Origin: Octopus bimaculoides
Lineage: Eukaryota
Assembly (NCBI RefSeq): GCF_001194135.2
Contig: NC_069000.1
Coordinates: 21,168,050-21,226,144 of the forward strand
DNA length: 58,095 nt
Reading direction: 5' to 3'
Shown: positions 13,801-27,861 of the stretch, in pieces
Layout of the letters: every line of letters starts with the position of its first letter
How positions within the stretch are numbered: the stretch's first letter is position 1
Position numbers and translations under genes: made by a program
The notes under the pieces: generated by a model
What the model was told of the DNA's origin: nothing
Database searches by the model: none
Seen by the model: only the letters and a program-made list of their open reading frames with translations

Positions 13801-16800
13801 NNNNNNNNNNNNNNNNNNNNNNNNNNNNNNNNNNNNNNNNNNNNNACATTTTTGAACTGTACATGCCATCCATCTCATTTTTGAACTGCACATGCCATCC
13901 ATCTCATTTTTGAATTGCACATGCCATCCATCTCATTTTTGAACTGCACATGCCATCCATCTCATTTTTGAACTGTACATGCCATCCATCTCATTTTTGA
14001 ACTGCACATGCCATCCATCTCATTTTTGAACTGCACATGCCATCCATCTCATTTTTGAATTGCACATGCCATCCATCTCATTTTTGAACTGCACATGCCA
14101 TCCAACCTGCATTAGTTGAAGGAGATCTTCAAGGAGGCATCCTGAGTCTCTGGTGAGTTGATCTACATACATTGCGCTCAGATGACCAGCTCAAGTACAG
14201 CCATGCTTTGGTATCCATAGCAGTAGGTCACTTGCCAGCTCCTGTTTAGGTCGCGAGCAATGTCTCACAAAGTGCAAGGCCTTTCCCTTACAATGTTAGA
14301 AACAGATAAGAGATCTTCATACAATGTCTGCCAGCAAATATTGACTTTAAAATATTCAAGTTGAACACAAACTGTATTAGTTTCACCAATCTTATAAGGC
14401 CTGAGAAGGTCATGATACAGTCTCACTCTCCTCCAGCCATTGAGAAAGAGCCCTATGAAAGTAAACAGGAAGCGGTCCAGCTTCCTAGGGCTAAACGGCA
14501 GTAGTGTGTTCCCTTATTGGGATTGTCACATTAAGTTGACGATATACTACAAATGAACCTATCGTTGAATATTAAACCATTTATCTCTTATTTAATAAGT
14601 AAATAAGCTACCAGTCATACCAAATTGAACCAGCAACATTGTTCAAAAATGTTCACACATGTTGTTTAACCCCTATTTTTATCATATTAACACTTAGAGA
14701 CTATCAAAGTTGAAGATTGATCGATCACTTCTTTTAGCTGGAAAAAAAGAAACAGCTGATCTGTGTGTGTGTGTGTGTGTGCGCGCGTACTTGTGCTTGA
14801 GTTTTTGATGAAAGAGTATGTTACAGATGACTAAGTTTAGTTCTGAGCAAGCAGCTTTAAACCATTAGCATTCACTTAACCAATACCGTGGCAGCCAAAT
14901 GCATCCAATGTCTCATAGTCTCTATCAACTTGTGCATTTGAAATCACCAAGGATGATCAGTTTTTCATCAACCAGCAGTTTTAGCAGTACAACCAGTGTA
15001 TTACCAGTACAAAGATTTTCAAAGAATGTCATGATAGTTTCTTCATTGACTTGGAGAGTTAGAGCATAAATTGACAAGATTGTCACATATCATCCAAATG
15101 AAAGGGGAAAGCAAAGCTTCATCATGTGATGAGTGATATTATAAAAGGACAAAGTTGCTCTGATTGCAGAACTGACACCATCTTCTCATAATCCCTTTTG
15201 GTTTGCCAAACCAGAAGAGTATGTAGCCTGATGATACTTCAGTAAGCTGATCTTCCTCAGAGAGACGTGTTTCAGACAAAACTACAATCTCTATGTGCAG
15301 CCTTTGAAGTTCTTTGGTCACTTTAGAAAGAGCAGTGTTGTGTACTATATAATTAACAAGAGTCTGTTGTCAATTTGCAGTGATGAGGTTCAATCATCTA
15401 CTGGGTCAAGAGTTGGCAATAGGAGAGAACTCCATGGAATTCTTCCCACAGAGATTTTTAAATTAGTAGGATAATCAGAAATTCAACTTTGCCATCTCAC
15501 TTTTGGTAGTACAGACTAGCATAAAAACAGCAGTAGTAACCACAGTAACAAAAATAGCTTTGAACTGACAATAACAGTTTCCACTCAATATAGTGTGATT
15601 AGCATACTAAATACATGTGAGTTCCACACACGTAAAATAGTGAGCTGAAAAACTTTGCTTAATAACATTATTCCAGTAATAAGTAGCTCAAAAAAAAAAA
15701 ACCCCTCCCTCTAAGGATATTTAAAATCTAAAAGGAAACAAACTCCAATTATATCAGTCAAAAGAAATTTTTGGCAAAGTTGATAAAGAAAATAGTGGAT
15801 CTTATCTGTAAAGCTAATTGGTGAAAGCAAGAGACATATTTTCAATCTTATTAGATTTCTCCAGCTAAACATATTCTACACATTTGATAACACTTAGAAG
15901 TGATCAGCATATCAGAAAGGAAATGAGTTGATGTCAAACTGGCCACTTTTTCTAGTAGTTAACCAATGGCCTAATGTTGACCACTTACCAAAACAAGTAA
16001 TATCTAGCAATTTTTCCAAAGATCCTTGGGGAATTTAACGATCAACATTTAGCTCTGATTTTTTATGGTAGAAATGGGACAAAATGCCTGTCTATTACAG
16101 GTAACATTCTTAGAGACGATCTAGTATAATTTTTTTTTTTTTTCTGTCAGATGAGTGAATTGAGACAACATAGAATAAAGTGTTCCACCCAGAAACACTT
16201 GCAGTGGATTTGAACTCATGACCTAAAAATAAGGCAACCAAGGGCTTATCTACCGTCATAATTGTCTTTTATGATACAAATGACAAGATTTGACTTTAGC
16301 ATTAGCTATCTAGCATTTTGACCATTGAAGCACCCAACCACTAATTAGAGAAAAAACAAAAAAAAACATCAGACTCTTGTACTATTATTATTATTATATT
16401 AAAGTTGGGGTATTTTAGGTTTTTTTTTTTTTAATTGTTTAGTCAGAGAAGGAAGGGAAGCACCTATGAACCATTTATTTTGTTAGAGCCTCTGAAATCA
16501 ATATCAGAAGAAAGAAGGAGGTTGTCTTCAGACCAGAGGCCTAGTCTGAATGCTTGCAACAGAGTGAATTCTACTAAAGGTACACCAGGACCATATGGAA
16601 CAAATACTGTAAGTCATCCTGTCCACTACACTAGAAATTTTGCTGATCAACAACTTTACCTTCATACTTTATTTTATCAACTCAGAAAGGTGAAGAAGAC
16701 TGCAGTAGGATCTGAAGTGCAGACAGCCAAGTTTTTTTTTTTTTTAAACACAAAGTTGACATCTTGAGGAAAATTCAGTTATTTCTAGCAAGTGATGAGA

Positions 16801-17307
16801 CATGAAAAAGTAGTTTTTCAATTGATTTAATGAAGCTTCATTAAATCAATTGAAAAACTACTTTTTGATGTTCATGCAGTTGCTTCAATAAATCAGAACA
16901 GAACAAGGATTTCTTTGAACTTTTTATTTACAAAAAAAGTGTGCTAAAAAAAAGAGCAGTACATTGTGATGATGATGATGATGATGATGACAATAACAAT
17001 AATAATAGTTGTTTCTAATTTTAGGCAAAAGGCAAGCAGTTTTGAAGGAAGAAGTATAGTCAGTGCCATCAACCCCAGTACTTGTCAGAAGTTTGGTAGA
17101 TGGAAACTGAAAGAAGCCCATCGTGTATGTGTGTGTATCTGATGAAGGAAATGTTCTCTATGTAGCTTGTGTGTTTTCTGTACTCTGTTTATCATTTTGT
17201 CCACGTTTTTTTTGTAACGTCCTGTACCCAGATATGCATCTATATATACATGTAGATGTCGGTATGTACATACATGTACATATATATGCATATACTCACA
17301 TATTATT

Positions 17308-17341
<34 letters not shown>

Positions 17342-17364
17342 NNNNNNNNNNNNNNNNNNNNNNN

Positions 17365-17423
<59 letters not shown>

Positions 17424-18054
17424 TTGTCCGGCATCACCACTTGACAGCTGATGTTGGGTTGTTTATGTCTCTGTAATTAAACAGTTCAGCAAAAGAGGCC
17501 AACAGAATAAGTACCAGATTAAAAAAAAAAATAGTACTGGGGTTAATTTGTTCAACTAAATCCTTCAGAATACTGCACTAGCATGACCACAGTCTAATGA
17601 CTGAAACCAGCAAAAAGATGAGAAGATGAAAAAATATAAGAGTGTAATCAATTTAGTCAACTCCAGTAATTGACAAGTACATATTTTTTTTCAACCTCAG
17701 GAGGATTAAAAGCATAGTCTCAACCTCCCAAAAATTTGAGCTCAGTATGCAAATAACAAGTTCAATGAAATAACACATTAAAGTCAGTTTGTTCAGTTAT
17801 TTCTTCTTGGTCTAAGTCCATGTGCTATGCTAATGTGAGAAATCTTTCAAGGCAGAATCATTAGAGTGTCAGAGAAAATGCTTTGTTGTATCTATTCTGG
17901 CTCTTTATGCCCTGAGTTCAAATCCTGCTAAGATCAAGTTTGTCTTTCATCCCTCCAAGAGTCAATAAAAGGAAATATGAGTCAAGTACTGGAGATCAAA
18001 GGTATCAACTAACGTTCTCCCCTCAAAATTGGTAGCCTTGAGCCTAAGTCAGAA

Positions 18055-18087
<33 letters not shown>

Positions 18088-18434
18088 GAGCAAGGAGGTG
18101 AGCTGGCAAGGGAAAACGCTTAGTGGCATATGTTCCAGTTTTACATTCCAGCTTTACCTTTCATTGTTTTGGGGTCAACAAAATAAGTAGCATTTGAACA
18201 CTGGAGTCAATGCAATCAACTAACCTCATCCCTTGAAATTGCTGCCCTTGTGCCAAAATTTGAAATCATCATCATTATTATGAGTTCAAATTCTGCCAAG
18301 GTTGACTTTGCCTTTCATCCTTTCAGGGTTGATTAAATAAGTACCAGTTACGCATTGGGGTCGATGTAATCAACTTAATCCCGTCCCCCAAATTTGAGGC
18401 TTTGTGCTTCCAGCAGAAAGAATTATTATTATTA

Positions 18435-18470
<36 letters not shown>

Positions 18471-20402
18471 GGTGGTGAGCTGTCAAAGGCAGCAAGTTGG
18501 CAGAATTGTTAGCACAACAAGCAAAATAATTTCAGGCATTTCTTCTGCCTTTACATCTTGAGTTCAAATTCCATAGGTGTCAATTTTACCTTTCATCCTT
18601 TTGGGGTCAATGAAACAAGTACCAGTAGAGGTCAATATCATTGACTTGCCCACTACCAAAAAATTCTGGCTTTGTGCTTATAGAAGAAATTATTATTATA
18701 ATTATTATTGAGTGAGAAAGCAGCACAGCCATCAAAGTGACACTGGGGTACAAATATACAAAGCCCAATATACCCATCATGACTACCCATCTGACAAGGG
18801 TACACCAGACACATGCATCACATCCACATGTGCGTGACATGATGATTTCATATCAAGATAAACAGTGCATGACTTTGCAAGTGGGGCCCAGTTGCCATCC
18901 CACTCAAAAGGTCCCTGAATAAGTTTTGTTTAAGGATGTTGAACGAAACACCCATGTTTCCAGGTGTGAATTATTCAAACCCTAAAGAGTTTCTCTCAAC
19001 ACATGGCTATGAGTTTCCCCCACTACCTCTGCTCATGATCAGAGATGCACATATTGTCAGCCACCAAGGGACATGCTCAACTGGTTAAGGTCAAACAACT
19101 GACAAGCAAATCTGTGGTATTGAGCAGAATATTTGCTGTAGCCCATCTTTTACACCAAGACAAAACATGTTCATTCATGACAACACTTTCAATCAGTTCG
19201 GCTCAAAAGCCATGACAGCCAGTGCCTGGCATTATAATTTAGTATAATGGATAACAAAATTGATAGTGTGCTGGACAAATTATATCACTTGTAATTTGTA
19301 AGTGGGAGCTGAATAAGATCAAAGATCCACATGATATAACTCGGGTGGAAAATTCAGTAAGCCCAATGCTAACATCAGCTTGATATGACTGCCTTTGGTA
19401 AAAAAAAGTATAAATATAAAATGTCCCATTAAATTAGTGACATAGAGCATTATTAGTCATAGATAGGAAATAAAAAGGAATCTAGTTGTTCTCACCCAGT
19501 CTGATATTCTACAAAGAATAAAAACTGATGATAAACAAAGACCAAACTGATTGAAATGTAGGCTAGCGGTAAATATTAAAATTGCTTACTTCACTTTGAA
19601 TGAAAAAAAAAATTATAATTGTATTAACAATTCATCTTAGACACTTAACTCTTTAGTATTTAAACTGGCCATATCAGACTGAAATATTCTACTAATTACA
19701 TGTTCAAACTGACCAGATCCAGCCTCTCACACTTACCTTACAATGTCATTTGAAAATTAAACTATCACATCACTGAAATATCAAAGCTATGAGATAATGC
19801 ATGATTCATTCAAAACAATATGAATAAAAGAGCACTACATTTGACAGAGTAATCTGAATGCTAAACAATTAATCAACTTGAGTTTCTCACACACACATTA
19901 TACACACAGCTTCTCATACACATAAATAATGAAATATACTAAGGTTTACCATTATATAAGTCTAAATTCAATGTTAATGATTTTATCAGTTATAAAATTA
20001 TTCTCAAGACCATTTTCAACTTAATACAGAACACACACAGACTACATGCCATTACAACAGTTCATTTTGAAAATGAAATTGTTGAAGTCTCTAAATGCCA
20101 GACTACTAACTTTAGGAACATTAGTATCCCAAACCAAACATAAAGGACCAATAATGAAATAAGAAAAATCCTTAATAAAAGAGATTGATAATGAACATAG
20201 TAATGTCATTCATATAACATTGGAAAGGAAAGCTGTTTTCTTTTTACACCATTTATACCAAAGTGCCATTCATACTCAGAACACTGGTTGAAAAGATGCT
20301 AATATTGGTTAGTAGAAAACGTTTGTTACTAGGAAAATAATGAAAATTCTATCAAAAGTGAATTGATTATATACCTTTCTGCATTTGGATACACATATGA
20401 AT

Positions 20403-20433
<31 letters not shown>

Positions 20434-20875
20434 GGGAGAGAGAGAGAGAGAGAGANNNNNNNNNNNNNNNNNNNNNNNNNNNNNNNNNNNNNNNNNNNNN
20501 NNNNNNNNNNNNNNNNNNNNNNNNNNNNNNNNNNNNNNNNNNNNNNNNNNNNNNNNNNNNNNNNNNNNNNNNNNNNNNNNNNNNNNNNNNNNNNNNNNNN
20601 NNNNNNNNNNNNNNNNNNNNNNNNNNNNNNNNNNNNNNNNNNNNNNNNNNNNNNNNNNNNNNNNNNNNNNNNNNNNNNNNNNNNNNNNNNNNNNNNNNNN
20701 NNNNNNNNNNNNNNNNNNNNNNNNNNNNNNNNNNNNNNNNNNNNNNNNNNNNNNNNNNNNNNNNNNNNNNNNNNNNNNNNNNNNNNNNNNNNNNNNNNNN
20801 NNNNNNNNNNNNNNNNNNNNNNNNNNNNNNNNNNNNNNNNNNNNNNNNNNNNNNNNNNNNNNNNNNNNNNNNNNN

Positions 20876-20924
<49 letters not shown>

Positions 20925-22206
20925 TGTATGTATACGTATGGTAGGTATGGGTGTGTTTATGCAGTTATATAAACTTCGTGATTCTATTTATTCTGCCATT
21001 AATTATTCTCATCATAATCATCTTCAACATCTAACGTCTGTTATTCCATGTTGGTATGGGTTGTATGGCTTGACAAAAACTGGCAATACCAGGGTCCACA
21101 CCAGGCTCCATAATCTGTTTTGGCTTGGTTTCTGTAGCTGGATGCTCTTCCTAATGCCAACCACTTTACAGAGTGTACTTGGTGTTTTTTACATGGCACC
21201 ATCAACAGTGCTTTTTACATGGCACCAACACCAGTGTTTTTCGTGTGGCAGCAGCACCCACACCAATGCTTTTTACATGGCACATTGGTTTTAGGATCTC
21301 AATTGTGTTGTGGTGGGCAGGTCTTCTTGAGTACAGCAATGTGCCACATATCTTGGTCAATTTCTAACATAAGCATAGAGACAGAAAATTTATGGTGGGG
21401 CAAGGAAACATCTGATTATAGTCACTTCAGTAATTACTGGAACTTAATATTACCAACTCCAGAAGAATGTAAAGAAAAAATCAACTCTGGTGATATGTTT
21501 TCCAATACTCTACTCATTTTGCTCAATAATAATACTCAGTACTCAATAATAATAATAATAAAATAAATACGCCCTTTTAAAGCCTAGCCAGGCTCATGAG
21601 CCCGGTTTCCCGGTTTCAATGGCGTATGCGTTCCCCAGCTGGACGGGATGCCAGTCCATTGCAGCGTTACCCATTTTTGCCAGCTGAGTGGACTGGAACA
21701 ACGTGAAATGAAGTGTTTTGCTCAAGAACACAACGCATCGCCCGGTCCAGGAATCGAAACCACAATCTTACGATCATGGTACTGACACCCTAACCACTAG
21801 GTCACACGCCTCCACAACTCAATAATAATATTCAATAATAATTACTTTTAACAGGGCAGAAATTTGGGGAAAAGATTACTTGATTAAATCAACCTTGTAA
21901 AGGAACAGTAATTAAATATTGAAAGGCATTTGGTCAGATATTCTAACATTTCTGCCAATCCAATGCCCTTAATCATAACAATTGGAAAAATTGGAAAACT
22001 TATTTCTAACTTTGGCACAAGATCACAAATATCAACCTAATCAACTTCAGTATGTAACTGATATTTATTTTATCAACCTTAAGAGAAATGTCCAATAAAG
22101 TTGACTTTGGTGAGATTTTAACTCCTAACAAGAAGGGATGTAACTCAATAACCCACACCATGTACTCCTTGTAATATTCAGCTTCATTGCCTTAATAATG
22201 ATAATG

Positions 22207-22279
<73 letters not shown>

Positions 22280-25200
22280 TGTGTGTGCTAACAATTCTGC
22301 TAGCTTGTTATAATAACAATAATAACCCTTTCTACTATGGGAACAAGGCCTGAAATTTGGGGAAGGGGGCTAGTCAATTACATCAACCCCAGTACTGAAC
22401 TGTTACTTATTTCATCAACCCCAATACTTGACTGGTACTTAATTTATCAACCCTGAAAGGATGCAAGGCAAAATCGACTTCGGTGGATTTGAACTCAGAA
22501 TGTACAGAAAACTTGTTTACTTAGTTCAGCAAGAAATACTTGAAGAGTCCTCAGTACAAAGTAAGGATAGATATGAACAACACAGAAGGACCTTAATACA
22601 AGTAGGAATAAAAACCCTTCTCATCCAAAACCATAGAGTGTAGTCTGAGAGGAAGTGTAAACGAACTAGTTACAACATTAAGATGATATAATAACAATAA
22701 AAAAATAATAATAATTGTTTCTAGCATGGGTACAAGGTTTCTAATTTGGGTGAGGGGTTTAGTCAATATTATAGGGCCCAGTACTTGACTGGTACTTTAT
22801 TTTATTGACTTGGGAGGGATGAAAGGCAAAGTTGACCTCAGAGGGATTTGAACTTAGAATGTAAAATGTTGGGAATAATAATAAGCGCTTCATTTATTTG
22901 CTGCCAAGACCCATTCATATATACAATATACTAGTTACAAAGAAGATACAAAAAACATGGGTGGGGATGTACAACAAAATTATAAAGGGAAAGAAATGTT
23001 ACACAATATATTGGGACATGTTGAAAATTTAAAAATAATACATATAAATTACACAAAATAATTTGATGATTATATAATACAAAGATAAAATTTTTTAAAT
23101 GGAAACAATTATTTTTCACTGTGGTACAAAGCCATGAACTTTTGAACAGAAGTATGTCATTATTTACATTATTTACATTTGACGGATATTTGTCCTCATC
23201 TTATTTGTTGCTAACACAACGTTTTGGCTGATATACCCTCCAGCCTTCTTCAGGTGTCTTGGGGAAATTTTGAACCTGAGTTTGAAATATCCGTCGAATG
23301 TAAATAATGTACATAATTACTCCTCTCTTAAATATAGAACAGAAGTATGTCAATTGAACTTTCTAGGATGAAAGGCAATGTTGACTCCACAGGATTCGAA
23401 CGGAGATAACTAAGTGCCACACAGCATTTTATCTGCTGCTCAACCAATCCTATCAGCTATTGCTTTAACAGTAAAAACAACAATAATAATTGTTTCTAAC
23501 ATAGGCACAAGGCCTGAAATTTGAGGGGAAGAAGGTTAGCTGATTAAACTGAGCCCAGTACTAGATTGATAGTTTATTCTGTCTAAACCTGAAGGATGAA
23601 AGGCAAAGCTGAACTTAACAGGTGTTTTGAACTCAGAATGAAAAGAGTTAGTAACAAATACCACAAAGCATTTTAACCAATGCTTTAATGATTCTGGGAA
23701 TCCATTGCCAAAACATAAAATAATATTAATTCTTTCTAATTATAATGATAGTTTCAAATTTTGGCGCAAGGCCAGCAAGTTTAGGGGACGGGACTAGTCA
23801 ATTACATCAACCCCAGTGCTCAACTGGTACATATTTTATCGACCCTGAAAAGATGAAAAGCAAAGTCAACCTTGGCAGAATTTGAACTCAGAATACGAAG
23901 ACGAACAAAATGCTTCTAAGCATTTTGCCCTGCATGCTAATGATTCTGCTAACTCACCGCCTGATAATAAAAAAAATAATAACTCTTTCTAATTTTGGTA
24001 CAAAGCCAGCAATTTTAGGAGGAGAGGGTTAGTTGATTACATCAACCCCAGTGCTCAATTGGTACTTTATTTTATCAACCTCAAAATGATGAAAAGCAAA
24101 CTTGACCATGGCAGGATTTGAACTCAAAATGATGAAAAGCAAACTTGACCATGGCAGGATTTGAACTCAAAATGATGAAAGGCAAACTTGACCATGGCAG
24201 GATTTGAACTCAAAATGATGAAAGGCAAACTTGACCATGGCAGGATTTGAACTCAAAATGATGAAAAGCAAACTTGACCATGGTAGGATTTGAACTCAGA
24301 ATNNNNNNNNNNNNNNNNNNNNNNNNNNNNNNNNNNNNNNNNNNNNNNNNNNNNNNNNNNNNNNNNNNNNNNNNNNNNNNNNNNNNNNNNNNNNNNNNNN
24401 NNNNNNNNNNNNNNNNNNNNNNNNNNNNNNNNNNNNNNNNNNNNNNNNNNNNNNNNNNNNNNNNNNNNNNNNNNNNNNNNNNNNNNNNNNNNNNNNNNNN
24501 NNNNNNNNNNNNNNNNNNNNNNNNNNNNNNNNNNNNNNNNNNNNNNNNNNNNNNNNNNNNNNNNNNNNNNNNNNNNNNNNNNNNNNNNNNNNNNNNNNNN
24601 NNNNNNNNNNNNNNNNNNNNNNNNNNNNNNNNNNNNNNNNNNNNNNNNNNNNNNNNNNNNNNNNNNNNNNNNNNNNNNNNNNNNNNNNNNNNNNNNNNNN
24701 NNNNNNNNNNNNNNNNNNNNNNNNNNNNNNNNNNNNNNNNNNNNNNNNNNNNNNNNNNNNNNNNNNNNNNNNNNNNNNNNNNNNNNNNNNNNNNNNNNNN
24801 NNNNNNNNNNNNNNNNNNNNNNNNNNNNNNNNNNNNNNNNNNNNNNNNNNNNNNNNNNNNNNNNNNNNNNNNNNNNNNNNNNNNNNNNNNNNNNNNNNNN
24901 NNNNNNNNNNNNNNNNNNNNNNNNNNNNGCGTTGTGAGTGTTTATTGAGCGAAAACACCTAAAACTCTACGAGGTTCCGGCAGGGGATGGTGGCGAACCC
25001 TGCTGTTCTCTTCCACCACAACTTTCTCTCACTCTTACTTCCTGTTTCTGTTATACCTGTATTTCAAAGGGTCAGCCTTGTCACACTGTGTCACACTGAC
25101 TATCCCAGAGAACTACGTTAAGGGTACATGTGTCTGTGGAGTGCTCAGCCACTTGCACGCTAATTTCACGAGCAGGCTGTTCCATTGATTGGATCAACTG

Positions 25201-27811
25201 GAACCCTCGACGTCGTAAGCGACAGAGTGCCAACAATTATCAATGATAAATCAAGTCAGTGACCAGAGTGATCTAAAGAAACACTGCTAGAGAGCAGCCT
25301 AAATTTAGACTTAACAGGTTTTAGAGTAAGAACTTATGTATCTCATTTGCCTCTCTTCTTAACACTCTTAGCTTTGTTGTCCGCACATTTTGGTTATGCT
25401 TATAAGAGGCACAGCCATACATTTTCATCAAGTCCGATCACATCAGATTTTCTTCTACACACATAGTGATAAACTTTGACTAAGATATGAGCTCACAGAC
25501 AATTTATCAAATCCTAGCAACTGAAGAAGAATTGTATGAACTATAAAGAACCATTTTCAGTACTCTGAAGCACAAGAAGTATTACTCATTCACCATATTT
25601 TACATCTGAAGAGCTCACAGATTAAAATACTAGGTCAAAAAACTTTAAATTATTTTTTTAAGACACCTTTTAAGCTACACAGGAGTTTCTGTATTCCTTT
25701 GCCTAACATCTTGTGCTGATCACTATGGTTTGCTGGTGATAGACACTTTTAGGACTACTCTTGATCCGACATGATAGATTGGTAATATTCACAACAAATG
25801 GAAACTACTGCTTCTCTAGCAAATAATCTTTTCAAATTCTCCACTCACAATGCATAGCTGTCTACTTGAAGTTTTTTAATCCGGAGTTCAGGTTTCAGAG
25901 TTGGCTGTACCTAAATGAACTTTTGATCTAGGAAAGTCCACTCTGAGCATCTACTTGTAATAACCATTTTTCTATCTTAGCCAAAATTATTTTCTAGATG
26001 AAATACAACAGCCAAATGGCAGCAAATTTTAGATATGAAGGTATTTGCTATTTCATCCCCAAAAAGGAGGGATCGTTTGGATTATTGGATATTATATACA
26101 AATATTTAAACAATTCTTGTCTTCATCCATTCACCTTCCATAAAAAAAAAAACATCCATGAAAAAATATTAATAAATAGAAAATACAAAAAATTTTTAAT
26201 TGTATTTTTTCTTTGCATTATTTTGTTATTTGTGTCTTTTGAAATTTTGCTTTACATTGGTGTTTGCAAGACACAGTTGTTACATGGTATGATAAGATAA
26301 GAAACATGAGGGTTATAGTATTGTAATAAAAGTCATATTTCAATTTGACTAGAATATTCAGAAGAGAAAACTCTGAGCATGCTGGATTTTTTTGTTTTAT
26401 AAACAAAACTTCATTAAAAGGAAAATATTTAATAAGTCAGTTATTAATAACGACTGTATCTACTTTTGATCTTCTCATCACATAAATTTTTTTTTTTCCC
26501 CAGAAATAAATTAATGTTTTTGATAATATTTTATTAATAATGTTAGAACTTATGTTTTCAAGACATATACGCTTGTTCAAATTTGAGAACTTTATTTTAT
26601 TGATAAATACAATAATATGTGCAATGTTTTGAAGATGGTGTGAAAAAACGATTGCATAGAAATGAAAATAACACAGTATTGTAACATTAATGTTTTAATG
26701 TCTTGTTCTAAAACTTACAACTGAGATTTACACTGTTATTTATATATATACTCTCTTGGAAAAAATCCTTGTTAATATTATTAGACATTTCTCTATTATC
26801 TTTTATCAACTGCTTCACCTTCATTCCAATTTTTAATATTTTAATTTTTATTTATTTTTGAATTTTTTTATCTATTTTGATAGATAAATTAGTTTTACAA
26901 CTGGACGGCCTTCCTGTGAGTATACCATAAGGTAAGGGTGAGATTTAATGTCAGTCAGTCATAGCTGAGTAAGCAAATAAAACCAGAATTTAACCCTTTG
27001 GCATTCAGATTATTCTATCAAAAATAAATAAATACGTGCTCCAGCATGGCCGCAGTCAAATGACTGAAACAAGTAAAAGAATAAAAGAATTCACAGTTTT
27101 GAATTTATCCTGCATCATCTTGTAGCATTGAGATTTCAATTATGTGACTGCATATTTTTTGGACTAACACTGGAGGTTAGGTGTGAGAAGCTGGATCTAG
27201 CCACTCTAAACATAAAGCAGGAAAAATATTTTGGCCAGATATGGCTAGTTTAAATGCTAAAAGGTTAACCCTTTGGCATTCAGATTACTCTGTCAAATGT
27301 AAAGCTTATTTATTCACATTGTTTTGAATTAATCATGCATAATCTCAAAGCTTCAAATTTATAATGATAGGATTGTTTATTTTTAGAATAATATTGTAGG
27401 ATAGGTGTGAGAAGCCAGATCTGGCCAGTTTGAACATAAAATAAATAGAATATTTTGGTCAGATATGGCCAGTTTAAATGCTAAAGGGTTAAAGAAGCTG
27501 GAGATGGTCTACATTGGTAAAGAAAAAAGAAGGTTGATGGAGTTCACTAATATGAACAAGTTTGTATCTCTTAGGAAGACATGAGTTCTAACACTTGGAA
27601 CATGGCCCTTTTTTGGAGAGAGAAATGAAACTGTACTGCTCCCTACAACTGAATGAGCTAAAACTGATGTAAAATTTCAACAGATCTTCTTTGATAAATT
27701 TTGTTTGGCACTGTAATATGTCCTAGTTATGTCAATATTAGAGCGTCTATTTTTTATTGGATTCAAACCTAGAATAGCAGTCTCAAGCAAAATCATCTGG
27801 AAATAACTGTA

Positions 27812-27861
<50 letters not shown>

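Larger units (their letters stand above)
21845..24302 (-). mobile_element. About eight co-oriented SINE family C copies
   Basis: Repeated ggcacaaggcc...atcaacccc...gaaaggatgaaaggcaaagt...tttgaactcaga units, each preceded by (AAT)n. Confidence 0.75.

Noticed and set aside
15758-15811. EF-hand-like peptide KEIFGKVDKENSGSYL
   Set aside because: There is a stop right after the loop, no closing helix or Glu12, and no phase-compatible partner exon.
13847-24302. 29-bp and 43-bp arrays as CRISPR
   Set aside because: The units are contiguous with no unique spacers, the context is eukaryotic, and there are no cas genes.
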